Positions 9,559 through 19,049 of a stretch of 64,000 nt of DNA are shown here, piece after piece (positions within the stretch are counted from its first letter, which is position 1; the number at the start of each line of letters is the position of its first letter). The DNA is from an uncultured Candidatus Rokubacteria bacterium (GTDB lineage: Bacteria > Methylomirabilota > Methylomirabilia > Rokubacteriales > CSP1-6), in the NCBI GenBank assembly GCA_963758635.1, contig CAVWWD010000007.1:32001-96000 (forward strand), written 5' to 3'. A program made the translations under genes and the position numbers. The notes beneath the pieces are model-generated. The model was not told the origin of the DNA, made no database searches, and saw only the letters and a program-made list of their open reading frames with translations.

Positions 9559-11256
9559 GAGCGCGTCTTGCCGGGACCCCACAACGCGCGGCCGGGCCTG
9601 GCGCCGGTGTGCTCGCCGTCCCGGAGGACCTGCACGCCGTTGACGAAGACGTGCCGCATGCCGACCGCGTACCGGTGCGGGTGCTCGTAGGTGGCGCGGT
9701 CGGCGATGGTCGCGGGGTCGAACGCCACCACGTCGGCAAACATGCCCTCGGCGAGCCGCCCGCGGCCATCCAGGCCGAGGTTGGCGGCGGGCAGGGCGGA
9801 GAGCCGGCGGACGGCCTCGGGCAGCGTGACGATCTTCTCGTCGCGCACGTAGGTGCCGAGGAGGCGGGCGAAGTTCCCGTAGGCGCGGGGATGGGTCGAG
9901 GAGGCGAGGAAGACGCCCTCGGGCGCCATCGACGCGCCGTCGGACCCGAAGGACACCCACGGCAGCCGGAGGACCTTTCGCAGGCCTTCCTCGTTCATCG
10001 AGAAGAAGACGGCGCCGATCCGGGAGCGGTCCTCGAGCACGAGGTCGTAGCGTCGTGTCGACCTCGTCCTTCCCGCGCGCCCGCGCGACCTCCTCGAGGG
10101 TCTTGCCGATGAGGCCCCGCAACGCCTCGGTGCGGAAGCTGACGAAGAGCGTGCGGGACATGGGCCCGCGCGCGCGCATCTCGGCGGCGATCCGCGTCCG
10201 CGTCGCCGGGTCCCGCAGCCGGTCGTAGAGGGCGCTGGCGCCTCCGCCGTGGGCCCACGCCGGGATGGTCGCGCTCAGGCCCGTCGAGCTCGCGGTGTAG
10301 AGGTACATGTTCGCGGTGATCCGGAGGCCCTCCCGGCGCGCGCGCTCGACGGCGGCGATGGCCGCGTCGAGCTTGTCCCAGTTCTTCTGCCCCACCACCT
10401 TGAAGTGGTAGATCTCCGCGGGCAGGCCCGCCTCGCGGCTGATGCGGATCAGCTCCTCCACGCCCTCGAGCAGCTTGTCGCTCTCGCTGCGCATGTGGGA
10501 GATGTACGTGCCCTTGTAGCGGGCGGCGACCTTGCAGAGCTCGATCAGCTCCTCGGTGGTCGCGTAGGTGCCGGGCGCGTAGATCAGCGCGGTCCCGATG
10601 CCGAGCGCGCCCGCCTCCATCTCCCGGCGGACCAGCGTCGCGCATCTCGTCCATCTGGGCGGGCGTCGGCGTCACGTCGTCGAGGCCGAGGACGTGGCTG
10701 CGGATGGTGGCGGCGCCGATGAACGACGCGACGTTCGGCGACACGCCGCGCCGTCTCCAGGTGCCGCAGGTACTCGGCGAGCGTGGTCCAGGGGACCTCG
10801 TACTTGATGTCGGTCTGGCTCGCGATCATGCGGCGCCGCATGGCGTCGTTGATCGGGCCCATCGACGTGCCCTCGCCGAAGATCTCGGTCGTGACGCCCT
10901 GTCGGATGTCGCTCTGCGAGCGCCCGTCCTCGAGCAGCGTGACCGGCGCCCACGAGAGCATGTTGACGAAGCCGGGCGCCACGGCGAGGCCGTCGCGCGT
11001 CGACGACGGCGCGCGCGCCGCCCTCGATGCGGCCGACGGCGACGATGCGATCGCCGCGGATCCCCACGTCGGCCCGCCGGCCCGGACCCCCGCTGCCGTC
11101 GTACACGGTGCCGTCCTTGATCAGGACGTTGAGGAGCCCGGGGGCACGCGGGGGCGACGGCTCGATCCCGGCCGAGGGCGGATGCGCGCACGCGGCGAGG
11201 ACGAGCGCCAGCGCGGCGGCGCCCCCGCGGATCCACGCCCCCGTTCGTGGCCGCAT
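9555..11256 (-). CDS. N-acyl-D-amino-acid deacylase (D-aminoacylase), lipoprotein-type signal; about 4 frameshifts
   Basis: Consecutive pieces in different frames: lipobox LAAC, IKDGTVYDGSG, APGFVNMLSW, QGVTTEIFGEG, YISHMRSE, GSDG, HPRAYGNFAR. Confidence 0.82.
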
Positions 11257-12128
11257 CAGATGCCGAGCCGCCGGCCGAACAGGCCCTGCGGGCGCCAGAG
11301 GAGGACCGCGATCATGATCAGGAACGCGAAGGCGTCCTTGTACGCGTAGGAGAGGTAGCTGCCGGCGAGCGCCTCGGTGAGGCCGATGAGGAAGCTGGCG
11401 GCGATCGCGCCGTTGACGTAGCCGAAGCCGCCCGCCACCACCGCGGCGAAGGCCTTCAGGGTGAGCGCGGTGCCCATGTCCGGGAAGATGTTGAAGAGCG
11501 GCGACACGAGGACGGCGGCGGCGGTGGCGAGCGCGGCGGAGACCGCGAAGGTGATCATGGCGATGCGCTGCACGTCGACGCCGACCACCGCGCAGGCCTC
11601 GCGGTTCTGCGACATCGCGCGCATGGCCCGGCCGGTGCGGGTGGTCCGGACGAAGCGCTGGAGGCCCCAGAAGATCGTGAGGCTCGCGGCCAGGACGAGG
11701 AGCCGCTGCCAGGCGAGGCGGAGGCCGCCCACGTCGAGCACGGCGGCGGAGAGCCGCGTCGGCACCTCCTTGGGCTGGGTGCCGAACACGATGATGGCGA
11801 GGTTGGTGAGCACGATCGAGGTCGCGAGCGTGGCGATGAGCTGCACGTGCCACGAGCGCGGCAGCACGACGCGGATGACGGTGCGCTGGTAGGCGATGCC
11901 GAACACCACCATGACGGCGGGGGCGAGCAGGCCGGCCACCGCGTAGGGGAGCGAGAGCTCGCGGTACGCGAACCAGAAGGCGTACGCGCCCAGCATGAAG
12001 AACTCGCCGTGGGCGAAGTTGATGAGCCGCGCGACGCCGAGCATGAGCGCGAGCCCCGCCGCCACCATCGCGTACATCGACCCCAGCGTGAGGCCGTGCA
12101 CCACCTGCTCGACGACGTCCAGGATCAT
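11256..12128 (-). CDS. Branched-chain amino acid ABC permease (LivH-like)
   Basis: GLTLGSMYAMVAAGL, INFAHGEFFMLGAY, GRAMRAMSQN, RPQGLFG. Confidence 0.92.
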   Translation of the reverse strand: MILDVVEQVVHGLTLGSMYAMVAAGLALMLGVARLINFAHGEFFMLGAYAFWFAYRELSLPYAVAGLLAPAVMVVFGIAYQRTVIRVVLPRSWHVQLIATLATSIVLTNLAIIVFGTQPKEVPTRLSAAVLDVGGLRLAWQRLLVLAASLTIFWGLQRFVRTTRTGRAMRAMSQNREACAVVGVDVQRIAMITFAVSAALATAAAVLVSPLFNIFPDMGTALTLKAFAAVVAGGFGYVNGAIAASFLIGLTEALAGSYLSYAYKDAFAFLIMIAVLLWRPQGLFGRRLGI

Positions 12129-12279
12129 CGGCGCGCGTGTCCGCTCTTCGACGCTCGCGGAGCCGCTGGTCGCCGGGCCCCGGGGCACACGTCGCCCCGG
12201 CACCCCCGTGGCGCGGTGAGGGCCGACAGAGAGCGGGCGGGGCGAGCGCGCCCCCCCATCCCCTGTACGCTTGAGCAGG

Positions 12280-12445
12280 TCATCGGCCATCTCGGCGAGA
12301 GTGCCACCCCCATCCGGTGCCGGCACGCATGCGAGCACCACTCAGGGACTGCGCCTCGCCCGGGATGTCGTGGTGGACGTCCCGTGGGGAGTCGCGCTTT
12401 GAGCGCCAGTACAGGGGTGATCGCATACCACGACACGGCCGAGGG
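12280..12445 (+). ncRNA. IS110 bridge RNA (target-binding and donor-binding loops); ends approximate
   Basis: Two hairpins with internal loops whose strands match the target flanks and the IS ends (detailed in findings). Confidence 0.8.
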
Positions 12446-12470
12446 CGAATTGCGGGGAGAAAGGGGTGCG

Positions 12471-13706
12471 ATGCCGGACTACGAACTGTATGTCGGTGTG
12501 GATTGGGCGACGCAAACGCATCAGGTCTGCCACGTGAGCCCGACCGGACAGCGGCGGCGGGAGTACGCGGTGGCCCACTCCGGGGCTGGCCTGGCCGCGT
12601 TGGTGACGGCGTTGACCGAGGAGCACGTGGACCCGGCGCACATCGCGGTCGCCTTGGAGGTGCCCCGTGGCGCGATCGTGGACGCGCTGCTTGCCGCTGG
12701 GTGTCACGTCTACGCGGTCAATCCCAAACAGCTCGATCGCTTCCGCGATCGCCATAGCGTGGCCGGGGCCAAGGACGATCGGCGTGACGCCTTCGTCCTG
12801 GGCGATGCCGTGCGCACGGATCGGGCCGCCTTCCGGCGGGTCACGGCGGAGGATCCGCGGCTGCTCCAGTTGCGCGAGGTGTCGCGGCTGCACGCCGAGT
12901 TGGTCCAGGAGCGGCTGCAGCTCGGCAATCGCCTGCGTGAGCAGGTGCACCGCTACTTCCCCGCGCTGCTGGGCCTGTGCCCGGCGGCCGATGAACCGTG
13001 GCTGTGGAGCCTGCTCGAGACCTGGCCGACGCCCGCGCACGCGGCGCGCGCGGGCCGGCCGGCCCTGCGCCGGCTGCTGGCCCGCCATCGGATCCGCCGG
13101 CTGACGGCGGACGCCGTGCACAGCGCGTTGCAGGCGCCGCCGCTGCCGGTGGCGCCGGGGACCGTGGAAGCGGTCGTCGAGCATCTGGCGCTGCTGCTGC
13201 CCCGCCTCCGCTTGGCCCAGGCCCAGGAGCGGCACTGCGAGCAGCGGCTGGAGCAGTTGCTGGACGCGCTGACGGTGGCCGACCCCGCGCGGCCCGAGCG
13301 GCCAGAGCATCGTGACGTGACTATCCTCCGCTCCTTGCCCGGGGTCGGGAGAGTCGTCGCCGCCACGATGCTCGCCGAGGCGTGGACGCCGTTGGCGACC
13401 CGAGATTACCAGACGTTGCGCGCTCAGGCCGGCGTCGCGCCGGTCACCCGTCAGAGTGGGAAGAGTCGCGTGGTCACGCTCCGCCGAGGCTGCAACCACC
13501 GGCTGCGCAATGCGATGTTCCACTGGGCGCGCAACAGCATCCGGGACGATCCGCGCGCCCGGGCGCACTACGATCGCCTGCGTCTGCGTCATGGCCATGC
13601 GCGGGCGCTCCGCGGCGTCGCGGATCGTTTGCTCGGGGTGCTCATCGCCATGCTCACGAGCGGCACGCTCTACGATGCGACGCGCCGACAGAAAATTGCC
13701 GCTTGA
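12471..13706 (+). CDS. IS110 family transposase/recombinase
   Basis: RuvC-like DEDD motifs GVDWA, ALEVP, KDDRRDA; SLPGVG; TRQSGK with the conserved Ser. Confidence 0.95.
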   Translation: MPDYELYVGVDWATQTHQVCHVSPTGQRRREYAVAHSGAGLAALVTALTEEHVDPAHIAVALEVPRGAIVDALLAAGCHVYAVNPKQLDRFRDRHSVAGAKDDRRDAFVLGDAVRTDRAAFRRVTAEDPRLLQLREVSRLHAELVQERLQLGNRLREQVHRYFPALLGLCPAADEPWLWSLLETWPTPAHAARAGRPALRRLLARHRIRRLTADAVHSALQAPPLPVAPGTVEAVVEHLALLLPRLRLAQAQERHCEQRLEQLLDALTVADPARPERPEHRDVTILRSLPGVGRVVAATMLAEAWTPLATRDYQTLRAQAGVAPVTRQSGKSRVVTLRRGCNHRLRNAMFHWARNSIRDDPRARAHYDRLRLRHGHARALRGVADRLLGVLIAMLTSGTLYDATRRQKIAA

Positions 13707-13946
13707 CAACACGTGGGGAGTCCCAGAGGGGGCTGCGCGGGGGCTGTCGACCCGTTGCGGTGCGCTCGCCCCGCCCGTCGCGCGAGGCGGTGCGCCACAA
13801 GGGGGTACCGGGACGACGTGTGCCCCGGGGCCCGGCGGCGCGTGGTCCGTGCGGGTCCGGAGCCAGTGCTGTCCGCGTTGCTGCGGGCCCCGTTCGTGTC
13901 GCTGCCTGGTCCGTATGGTCGGTGGTTGTCACCCCGTCTCGACGCG

Positions 13947-15110
13947 TCAGTTCAGCAGCGCGGGGCTGGTCGGGAGCTTCTCGAGGATGCGGAGCTTCCC
14001 GTCCTGCATCTCGAGGAGGATCATGTTGATCCACGCCTGGTGGTTGTCGTCGAACTTGATAGGCCCGAGCGGGGAGTCCTTGACGTTGACCTCCTTCAGG
14101 GCGGCGCGGATGGTGGCGCGGTCGGCCTTGCCCGTCTTCTTCAGCGCGATCTCGATGGCGGGGACCACCGCCCACTTGAGCGTGATGGCGGCGAGGCTCC
14201 CGTGGACGCGGGGCGGGATGTTGTGCTTCTCCTGCCACTTCTTGTCCCAGTCGGGATCGAGGCCGGCGACCCAGTAGGTCGCTTCCACCACGCCGTCGCC
14301 CACCTTCGGGTTGTCGCGCACCTGGTGGAGGAACTCGGCGGAGGCCAGGCTGCCGCGCGAGAACACCTTCTGGGTGAGGCCCAGCTCGCGGAACTGGCGC
14401 ATGAAGGGCGCGCCGTCGCCGGCGAGGATGACCGCCAGGATCGTCTCGGCGCCCCCGCGCTTGAGCCGGGTGAGCACGGGCCGGTAGTCGGCCTGGCCGG
14501 GGTCGAAGAACTCGGTGGAGTGCAGCTTGATCCCCGCCTTCTTGAACGCGGCGTCGTAGGCGTTGGCGGCGCCGCGGCCGAAGTCGTTGTTCATGGCCAG
14601 GATCGACGAGCTCTTCACGCCCTGCTTGGCCATGTAGCGGGCGAACGTGTAGGCCATGATCTCGTCGTCCAGCGCCACGCGGAACGTCCACTCGTTGCCG
14701 CCCTTGCCGGACAGCGCGCGGATCTGGGGATGCGAGCACGCCTCGATCACCATCGGCACGCCGATCTCCTTCACCACCGGCATGGCCCCGAGGCAGGCCC
14801 CGCTGTGGGTCTGGCCGATGATGACGTTGACCTTGTCCACGTCGGCGAGCTTCCGCACCGCGCTCACCGCCTCGCCGGGTGTGGCCTTGTTGTCGGCGAA
14901 GAAGGCCTCGATCTTCCGGCCCATGATCCCGCCCTTGGCGTTGATCTCGTCCACGGCGAGGGTGGCGCCCCACTTGACGCCCTCGCCGGTGATCGCGGCC
15001 GGCCCGCTCATGGCCGAGGCGAACCCGATCCGGATGGGGGGCGGCGTCTGAGCCTCCGCGGCGGGCGCGAGGGCGAGGAGGGCGGCGGTCAACAGCAATG
15101 CGATGCGCAT
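13947..15110 (-). CDS. Branched-chain amino acid ABC substrate-binding protein
   Basis: Signal peptide; IRIG..MSGPAA, AVDEINAKGGIMGRKIE, NNDFGRG. Confidence 0.92.
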   Translation of the reverse strand: MRIALLLTAALLALAPAAEAQTPPPIRIGFASAMSGPAAITGEGVKWGATLAVDEINAKGGIMGRKIEAFFADNKATPGEAVSAVRKLADVDKVNVIIGQTHSGACLGAMPVVKEIGVPMVIEACSHPQIRALSGKGGNEWTFRVALDDEIMAYTFARYMAKQGVKSSSILAMNNDFGRGAANAYDAAFKKAGIKLHSTEFFDPGQADYRPVLTRLKRGGAETILAVILAGDGAPFMRQFRELGLTQKVFSRGSLASAEFLHQVRDNPKVGDGVVEATYWVAGLDPDWDKKWQEKHNIPPRVHGSLAAITLKWAVVPAIEIALKKTGKADRATIRAALKEVNVKDSPLGPIKFDDNHQAWINMILLEMQDGKLRILEKLPTSPALLN

Positions 15111-15126
15111 GGCGGTCTCCTTGGGG

Positions 15127-16137
15127 TCAGGGGCGGAAGTGGGGGATGACCTCGCGCCCGAAGAGCTCGATGGCCTCCTGCATCTCGGGCACGGTGTTCG
15201 CGACGAAGAGGAGCCCCGAGCAGGTGGTGACGCCGGCCCGCTCGTACGCGCGGATCCGCTCGCAGATCTCCTCGGGGCTGCCGATCAGGTTGCGCTGCTC
15301 GAAGCCGCCCGCCTGCTGGTCGCGCAGCGTCGAGCGCTTGAGCGACTCGAGGTGCTTGTAGAGCTGCGAGGCGTGGAAGCGGCGGACCGCCTCGTCGTGG
15401 GTGCGCCCGATCGAGCACGCGAACTGGGGCGCGATGTCGATGGCGGCGCCGTCACGCCCGGCCGCGGCCGCGGCGCGGCGGACGTCGTCCACCCCCCGCG
15501 CGATCTCCTCCGGGGAGAGCACGGCGGGCATCCAGCCCTCGCCGTAGGCGCCGGCCCGCCGCCGCACCTCGGGGTGGTTGCCCCCCGCGTACATGGGCAG
15601 CGGCGACTGCCGCGGCTTGGGGAAGCACTCCACGTCCTCGAAGCGCACGTGGCGGCCGCGGTAGCTCGCGCGGCGCTCGGTGAAGAGCAGGCGGAGCGCG
15701 CGCATGCCCTCGTCCACGATGTCGCCGCGCCGGGCGTCGCGCGCGTCGGGATGGAGCGCCTCGTACTCCTCGCGGTAGGCGCCGGTGCCCACGCCCAGGA
15801 TGACGCGCCCGCCGGAGAGCTGGTCGAGCGTGGCCACCTGCTTGGCGAGCACGGGCATGGTGCGCATCGGCAGCACGATGATGCCGGTGGCGAGACGGAT
15901 GCGCTCGGTGCGCGCGGCCACGTACGTGAACGTGATCAGCGGCTCGAAGAAGTTCGGCGGGTCGGGCCACTCGCGCTGGACGTAGCGCTGGGTGGTCATG
16001 TGGTCGTTGCCCCAGACGGAGTCGAACCCGACGCGCTCGGCGAGGAGCGCGGTGGGCAGGATGTCCTCCGGGCGGGCGAAGGGCACCGGGTACATCATGC
16101 CCTCGATGCACGTGGGGATGTGGACGCCGAACCTCAT
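15127..16137 (-). CDS. LLM-class flavin/F420-dependent oxidoreductase
   Basis: GFDSVWGNDH, AKQVATLDQLSGGRVILGVGTG, PKPRQSPLP. Confidence 0.9.
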   Translation of the reverse strand: MRFGVHIPTCIEGMMYPVPFARPEDILPTALLAERVGFDSVWGNDHMTTQRYVQREWPDPPNFFEPLITFTYVAARTERIRLATGIIVLPMRTMPVLAKQVATLDQLSGGRVILGVGTGAYREEYEALHPDARDARRGDIVDEGMRALRLLFTERRASYRGRHVRFEDVECFPKPRQSPLPMYAGGNHPEVRRRAGAYGEGWMPAVLSPEEIARGVDDVRRAAAAAGRDGAAIDIAPQFACSIGRTHDEAVRRFHASQLYKHLESLKRSTLRDQQAGGFEQRNLIGSPEEICERIRAYERAGVTTCSGLLFVANTVPEMQEAIELFGREVIPHFRP

Positions 16138-17151
16138 GCGCGGGTCGTGACCTCCTTCCAGATGGGGCCGAGCGTGCGGCCGATGCGGGCCACCTGCGCC
16201 GGCGCGGGCGGGCCGGGCGGCAGCACCGCGATGGGCGTGTCGAGGCCCGCCTCGGCGAGACGCGCGAGGGCGGCGCGACACTGGGCCGGCGTCCCCGCCA
16301 CCGCGAAGGCGTCGATCAGGTCGTCGGTGACGAGATCTCCCGCCGAAGAACCGGCACGCAGGGCCTCGCGGAACGGCGCGGAGCGGGCGGCGTCGACGCC
16401 GGCGTCGGCCAGGATCGACTGGCCGTGGAGCGCGGCGAGGTAGCGCGCGATGAGCGGGCGCACGCGCTCGCGCGCGGCCGGGCCGTCGTCGTCCACCGCC
16501 ATGGGGACGTACGCGGCCGTCACGAAGCGCCCGTTCGGGCGCGTGGCGGCCGCGGTGGCGGAGCGCACCCGGCGTACGTGGGCCGGTGACGTGAGGACCG
16601 AGCCGAGAACGCCGTCGCTCACCTCGGCGGCAAGCGCGAGCGCCCGAGGGCCTTTCACGCCCAGCAGGATGGGCACGGGCGCGGGCGGCAGGCGCCTCGA
16701 GCGCCGCGCCGGCGACCGAGAAGCACTCGCCGGCGTGGGTCACCCGCTCTCCCGCGAGAAGCCGGCGCGTGATCTCCACGCCGTCCCGCAGGCCGCGCAG
16801 CGGCGTCTTGAACGGAATCGACATCTGATCGTCGATCCAGCGGCGGTTGCTCGATCCCAGCCCGAGCGCCACGCGTCCGGGCGCGAGGCCGGCGAGCGCC
16901 GCCGTCTCCATGGCCACGAGCGCGGGGTGGCGCGTGTACGGGTTCACCACGCCGAGGCCGATCGTCACGCGCGAGGTGGCGGCGGCCGCGGCGCCGGCCA
17001 CCGCGTACGCGCCCGGGTGGAAGTAGTCCTCGATGATCCAGAGGCTGCCGAGCCCCGCGTCCTCCGCGGCGCGCGCCCACGCGACGGTGCTCCCCGGCAG
17101 GCCGTGGCCGAGGAGCGCCACGCCGAGGCTACCGGTCCAGCGCCAGTCCAT
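16134..17151 (-). CDS. LLM-class (Mer-like) oxidoreductase; one frameshift near 16690
   Basis: SLWIIEDY, GVVNPYTRHPALVAM, GRVALGLGSS; C-terminal part PILLGVKGPRAL in another frame. Confidence 0.8.
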
Positions 17152-18406
17152 AGTGCCGGTGGAGGGTGCGGAGGACCGCGTCGAGATCGTCGCCCGCGTC
17201 GGGCACGTCGGTGAGCCAGGCGCGGCTCGCCGCCGGGTCCTTGAGGCCGCCGGACGTGATGACAGCGACGACGGTCTCCGCGGGGTCCAGGGCCTTCCGC
17301 GCGGCGAGCTGCATGACGGAGGCGATGGCGGCGGCCGACGACGGCTCCACGAACAGGCCTTCCTCGCGGGCGAGCGCACGCTGAGCTTCGAGGATGCCCT
17401 CGTCGGTCAGCGGGGTCCCGAGCCCGCCGGACTCCCGCAGGGCGGCCAGCCCCTGCCAGGTGCCGTAACGCGAGCCGATGGAAAACGCCACCGACGGCGC
17501 GGGCGCGTCGACCATCTCCGGCGCCTCGAGCCCGTGCGCCATGGCGTGGGCGAGCGGGCCGAACGGCTCGGCCGCGACCATGCGCGGCGCCTGCTTGACG
17601 AGGCCGAGCGCGACCATCTCCGTGAAGCCCTTCCAGATACCCGAGAGCCCGTCGCTGTACGCGCTCGGCACGACCACGGCGGCCGGCGCGGTCCAGCCCA
17701 GGTCCTCGGCGATCTCGTAGGCGATGGTCTTGTAGCCCTCGACGCCCCACGGGTTCGAGCCGACCGGCGGCGAGACGAAGCCGCTGGTCGGGTACCAGCC
17801 GAGGCGCTCCACGCCCTCGCGCATGAGCCGCCACCGCGCCTCGGACGTGGGGCAGGCGACCACGGCGGCGCCGTAGGCCTGCATCAGCGTCTTCATCGTG
17901 TCGGGCACGCTGGCCAGCGTGAAGATCACGCAGGGCAGGCCGGCCCGCGCCGCGTAGGCGGCGGTGGACGCGCCGTGGTTGCCGGTCGACGAGATCGTGA
18001 CGACGCGCGCGCCCGTCTCCACCGCGTGCGCCACCGCCACCGCGCAGAGCCGGTCCTTGTAGGACCACGTGGGGTTCTGGCTCTCGTCCTTGGCGTAGAG
18101 CCGGGGCAGCCCGAGGCGCCGGCCGAGACGCGGCAGCGGCACGAGGGGCGTGGCGCCCTCGCCGAGCGAGACCGGATCGCGCGGTCGCACCGGCAGCACG
18201 CTCCGGAAGCGCCAGAGGCCACGCGGCGTGGGCGGGAACAGCGCGGGCGTCGCCGGGACCAGGGGCGACAGGTCGTGCTCGACCGTGAGGTTGACGGCCA
18301 CGCCCTCGGCGCGGCATCGCGGACAGCCCTCGAAGAGGCGATCGCCCTCGAAGCGGGTCCGACAGCGGAGACAGCGGAGCCCGAGCACGCGCGTCTCCGG
18401 TGGCAT
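17129..18406 (-). CDS. Threonine synthase-like PLP-dependent enzyme
   Basis: CxxC..CxxC N-terminus, SLGEGATPL, KDESQNPTWSYKDR, SSTGNHG, EGYKTIAYE, SGGLKD. Confidence 0.85.
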   Translation of the reverse strand: MPPETRVLGLRCLRCRTRFEGDRLFEGCPRCRAEGVAVNLTVEHDLSPLVPATPALFPPTPRGLWRFRSVLPVRPRDPVSLGEGATPLVPLPRLGRRLGLPRLYAKDESQNPTWSYKDRLCAVAVAHAVETGARVVTISSTGNHGASTAAYAARAGLPCVIFTLASVPDTMKTLMQAYGAAVVACPTSEARWRLMREGVERLGWYPTSGFVSPPVGSNPWGVEGYKTIAYEIAEDLGWTAPAAVVVPSAYSDGLSGIWKGFTEMVALGLVKQAPRMVAAEPFGPLAHAMAHGLEAPEMVDAPAPSVAFSIGSRYGTWQGLAALRESGGLGTPLTDEGILEAQRALAREEGLFVEPSSAAAIASVMQLAARKALDPAETVVAVITSGGLKDPAASRAWLTDVPDAGDDLDAVLRTLHRHYGLALDR

Positions 18407-18416
18407 GACGGGCCCT

Positions 18417-18445
18417 AGTGTAGGAACCGCCCCACAACGTGTCAA
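18417..18445 (-). promoter_or_regulatory. sigma70 promoter of the thrC-like/LLM/Liv operon
   Basis: TTGACA-17bp-TACACT, 10 nt before the ATG. Confidence 0.7.
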
Positions 18446-18501
18446 CGCGCGCGCCGAGCGAGAGCGAGGGAACCCGCCTACGCGCCTGCTATCGTGAGCG
18501 C

Positions 18502-18786
18502 ATGCCTGCGATGGATCTGGCCATCGGTGTGACGAGTCTCCGGGCGCGGTTGAGCCACTACCTGCATGCGGTCTCCGCCGGCGCCACCGTCACGATCAGC
18601 CGCCATCGTCGGCCCATCGCAAGGCTCGTTCCGATCGTGCGATCCCCGGGCCTGGACGTACTCGATCTACTGGCGAAGCGCGGAGTGCTGCAGCACGGTA
18701 CTGGTAAGCCCGGCAAGGCCCGGAGGGTGAGGCTCCGGAAGGGCAGCCGCCTCGTTTCCGGTCTCGTGATCGAGGATCGTGGCTGA
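18502..18786 (+). CDS. Phd/YefM family antitoxin with no cognate toxin downstream
   Basis: IGVTSLRARLSHYLHAVSAGATVTISRHRRPIARLVP. Confidence 0.8.
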   Translation: MPAMDLAIGVTSLRARLSHYLHAVSAGATVTISRHRRPIARLVPIVRSPGLDVLDLLAKRGVLQHGTGKPGKARRVRLRKGSRLVSGLVIEDRG

Positions 18787-18812
18787 TCCTCGCAGGGCCC
18801 TCTTCTGCGGCG

Positions 18813-19040
18813 TCAGCGGTTGCGGTCTTCGCGAATGAGGCGCACGCCGCGCGATTTGTGCAGCGGCTGACGCGCGCGGATCTCCGCGGCACGAGCGGCG
18901 ATCTCGGCGCGGGTTGGCCGTGTCCCCTCGGTCAGGATGCGGCGCACCTCCTCCTCCACCGAGACGCCGTGCAGCTGGGCCTGGAGTCTCAGTCGCTCTG
19001 CCACCTCGTCGTCCAGTTCGTGCACGATGATCGTCGCCAT
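18813..19040 (-). CDS. FitA-like ribbon-helix-helix antitoxin (copy 2)
   Basis: MATIIVHELDDEVAERLRLQAQLHGVSVEEEVRRIL. Confidence 0.85.
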   Translation of the reverse strand: MATIIVHELDDEVAERLRLQAQLHGVSVEEEVRRILTEGTRPTRAEIAARAAEIRARQPLHKSRGVRLIREDRNR

Positions 19041-19049
19041 GACCGGTAG

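Larger units (their letters stand above)
12259..13722 (+). mobile_element. IS110 family insertion sequence; TC(CC) core repeated at both ends
   Basis: Transposase plus about 210-nt left non-coding end; TCCC at 12259-12262 and 13721-13724; no terminal inverted repeats. Confidence 0.88.
12171..13837. repeat. Long imperfect inverted repeat (about 200 bp when the IS is removed) that hosts the IS110
   Basis: 12171-12214 is nearly the reverse complement of 13792-13837; 12234-12249 is the exact reverse complement of 13762-13777. Confidence 0.85.

Noticed and set aside
8611..10620. Apparent aminoacylase-LivM fusion
   Set aside because: Frameshift artifact; the linking segment is off-frame sequence
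12260..12417. CCCCTGTAC/GTACAGGGG read as IS terminal inverted repeats
   Set aside because: Both lie in the left end; better explained as the left IS end and its bridge-RNA donor guide
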